From Candidatus Latescibacterota bacterium (GTDB lineage Bacteria; Latescibacterota; UBA2968; UBA8231), in contig OZ241889.1 of the NCBI GenBank assembly GCA_965203355.1, positions 1,792,001 to 1,856,000 on the forward strand: a stretch of DNA of 64,000 nt, read 5' to 3'. The notes beneath the pieces are model-generated. The model saw only the letters and a program-made list of their open reading frames with translations. It did no database searches and had not been told where the DNA came from. Below are positions 63,197 through 64,000 of the stretch, one piece after another (position 1 is the stretch's first letter; the number at the start of each line of letters is the position of its first letter). The position numbers and the translations under genes are program-made.

Positions 63197-64000
63197 ATGT
63201 TTCGACGACTTTTTGTCTGTGGCTTGCTCTTAGCGGTTGCAGGTTGCGGGCCGGAAAGCGAACCGGTTACTTCGGAGATCGTCTTAGCCACGGTAGGCGG
63301 GGAAACGATCACGGCTTTGGACCTCCACCGCTACGAGCGAGCACTACCTGACTACCTGCGCTCAAAAAAAGAAGGAGTAGCCGCCCGCGGCGAAAATCTA
63401 CAGACCCTAGTCGACAAGGAGCTCATGCTGCGCGAGGCCTATAAGCGAGGGCTGGACCAGTTGCCCGGGCTTACCCATACGCTGGACGACATGGTCAATA
63501 AGCGCTTGGCCGAGGAACTATCGCACGAGTGGATCGATGCCCGGCTTAAAGTGACCGAGGAGGAACTACGCGCTGCGTACGAGGAACATTTGCTCGGCTG
63601 GGAAATCTGGCCAGCGCACATTCTCTCAGATACTGAAGAAGACGCCCGGGCCATCCTCCGCCAATTAGAAGCTGGGGCCAGTTTTTCCGAATTGGCGCAC
63701 CAGCATTCTCTCGCCGCGGACGCCGACAGAGGTGGCAATCTCGGTGCCTTCTTCGACCAAGCTGGTGCTGTGCCCAGCCTGCGCGATGGCACCTTTCACT
63801 TAGAGGAAGGCCAAGTCAGCGAGCCGATCCGCACGATTGACGGATACGAGGTCATCAAGGTTCTCAAAAAGCGGCGCATCCCCTTTGAGAAGTTGCGTAC
63901 TGACATCGCCGAACAGGTTGGTCAACGCAAGTGGGCGCAGCGGCAACGGGTGGTAATTGACTCGCTCAAAGAAGTGCGTGGCTTGCGCTATCACCGCGAC
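63197..64000 (+). CDS. PpiC/parvulin-type peptidyl-prolyl isomerase lipoprotein (PrsA/SurA-like), runs off window
   Basis: MFRRLFVCGLLLAVAGC lipobox; LATVGGETIT; AHILSDT...FSELAHQHS...RGGNLG; GQVSEPI. Confidence 0.88.
   Translation, partial: MFRRLFVCGLLLAVAGCGPESEPVTSEIVLATVGGETITALDLHRYERALPDYLRSKKEGVAARGENLQTLVDKELMLREAYKRGLDQLPGLTHTLDDMVNKRLAEELSHEWIDARLKVTEEELRAAYEEHLLGWEIWPAHILSDTEEDARAILRQLEAGASFSELAHQHSLAADADRGGNLGAFFDQAGAVPSLRDGTFHLEEGQVSEPIRTIDGYEVIKVLKKRRIPFEKLRTDIAEQVGQRKWAQRQRVVIDSLKEVRGLRYHRD

Overview
GC-rich Gram-negative bacterial chromosome segment. The gene content (FlgD/CHU_C-type C-terminal domain proteins, C-terminal 'WGxxK' tails, TonB receptor) resembles Ca. Latescibacterota/FCB-group bacteria; this taxonomy is inference only. 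1-23.4 kb is housekeeping and catabolic: ligA, cyoE, mobA, larB, parAB, ppdK, a TonB receptor, ilvBN, two dipeptidases, an enolase-family enzyme and an acyl-CoA synthetase. 23.45-42.05 kb is a compositionally mosaic accessory island and the main find. A sensor-less sigma54 activator diverges from a clear -24/-12 promoter with a palindromic, 21-bp-phased upstream element. The promoter precedes a 77-aa four-Cys peptide with a CLI_3235-like leader (MEKLHK...KVQAY). It is followed by a beta-propeller, a CxxC thioredoxin-fold protein, an ABC exporter, a rhodanese, an S8 protease fused to a TIGR04066/DUF1611-like domain, a Ser-bearing ACP, a jelly-roll protein, a BtrH-like acyltransferase and an MFP with two RND pumps. 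This looks like a candidate ACP-dependent, acylated ribosomal peptide (RiPP) system with no radical SAM enzyme in the locus. 42-52 kb holds sugar-nucleotide and envelope genes (HldE-like kinase, galU, larA, TolB-like, ArnT-like). 52-64 kb is an uncharacterised surface/secretion locus with two kinds of C-terminal sorting-like signals, a putative outer-membrane protein, a lipoprotein and a PpiC-type isomerase. All family assignments are from motif recognition by eye; no searches were run.
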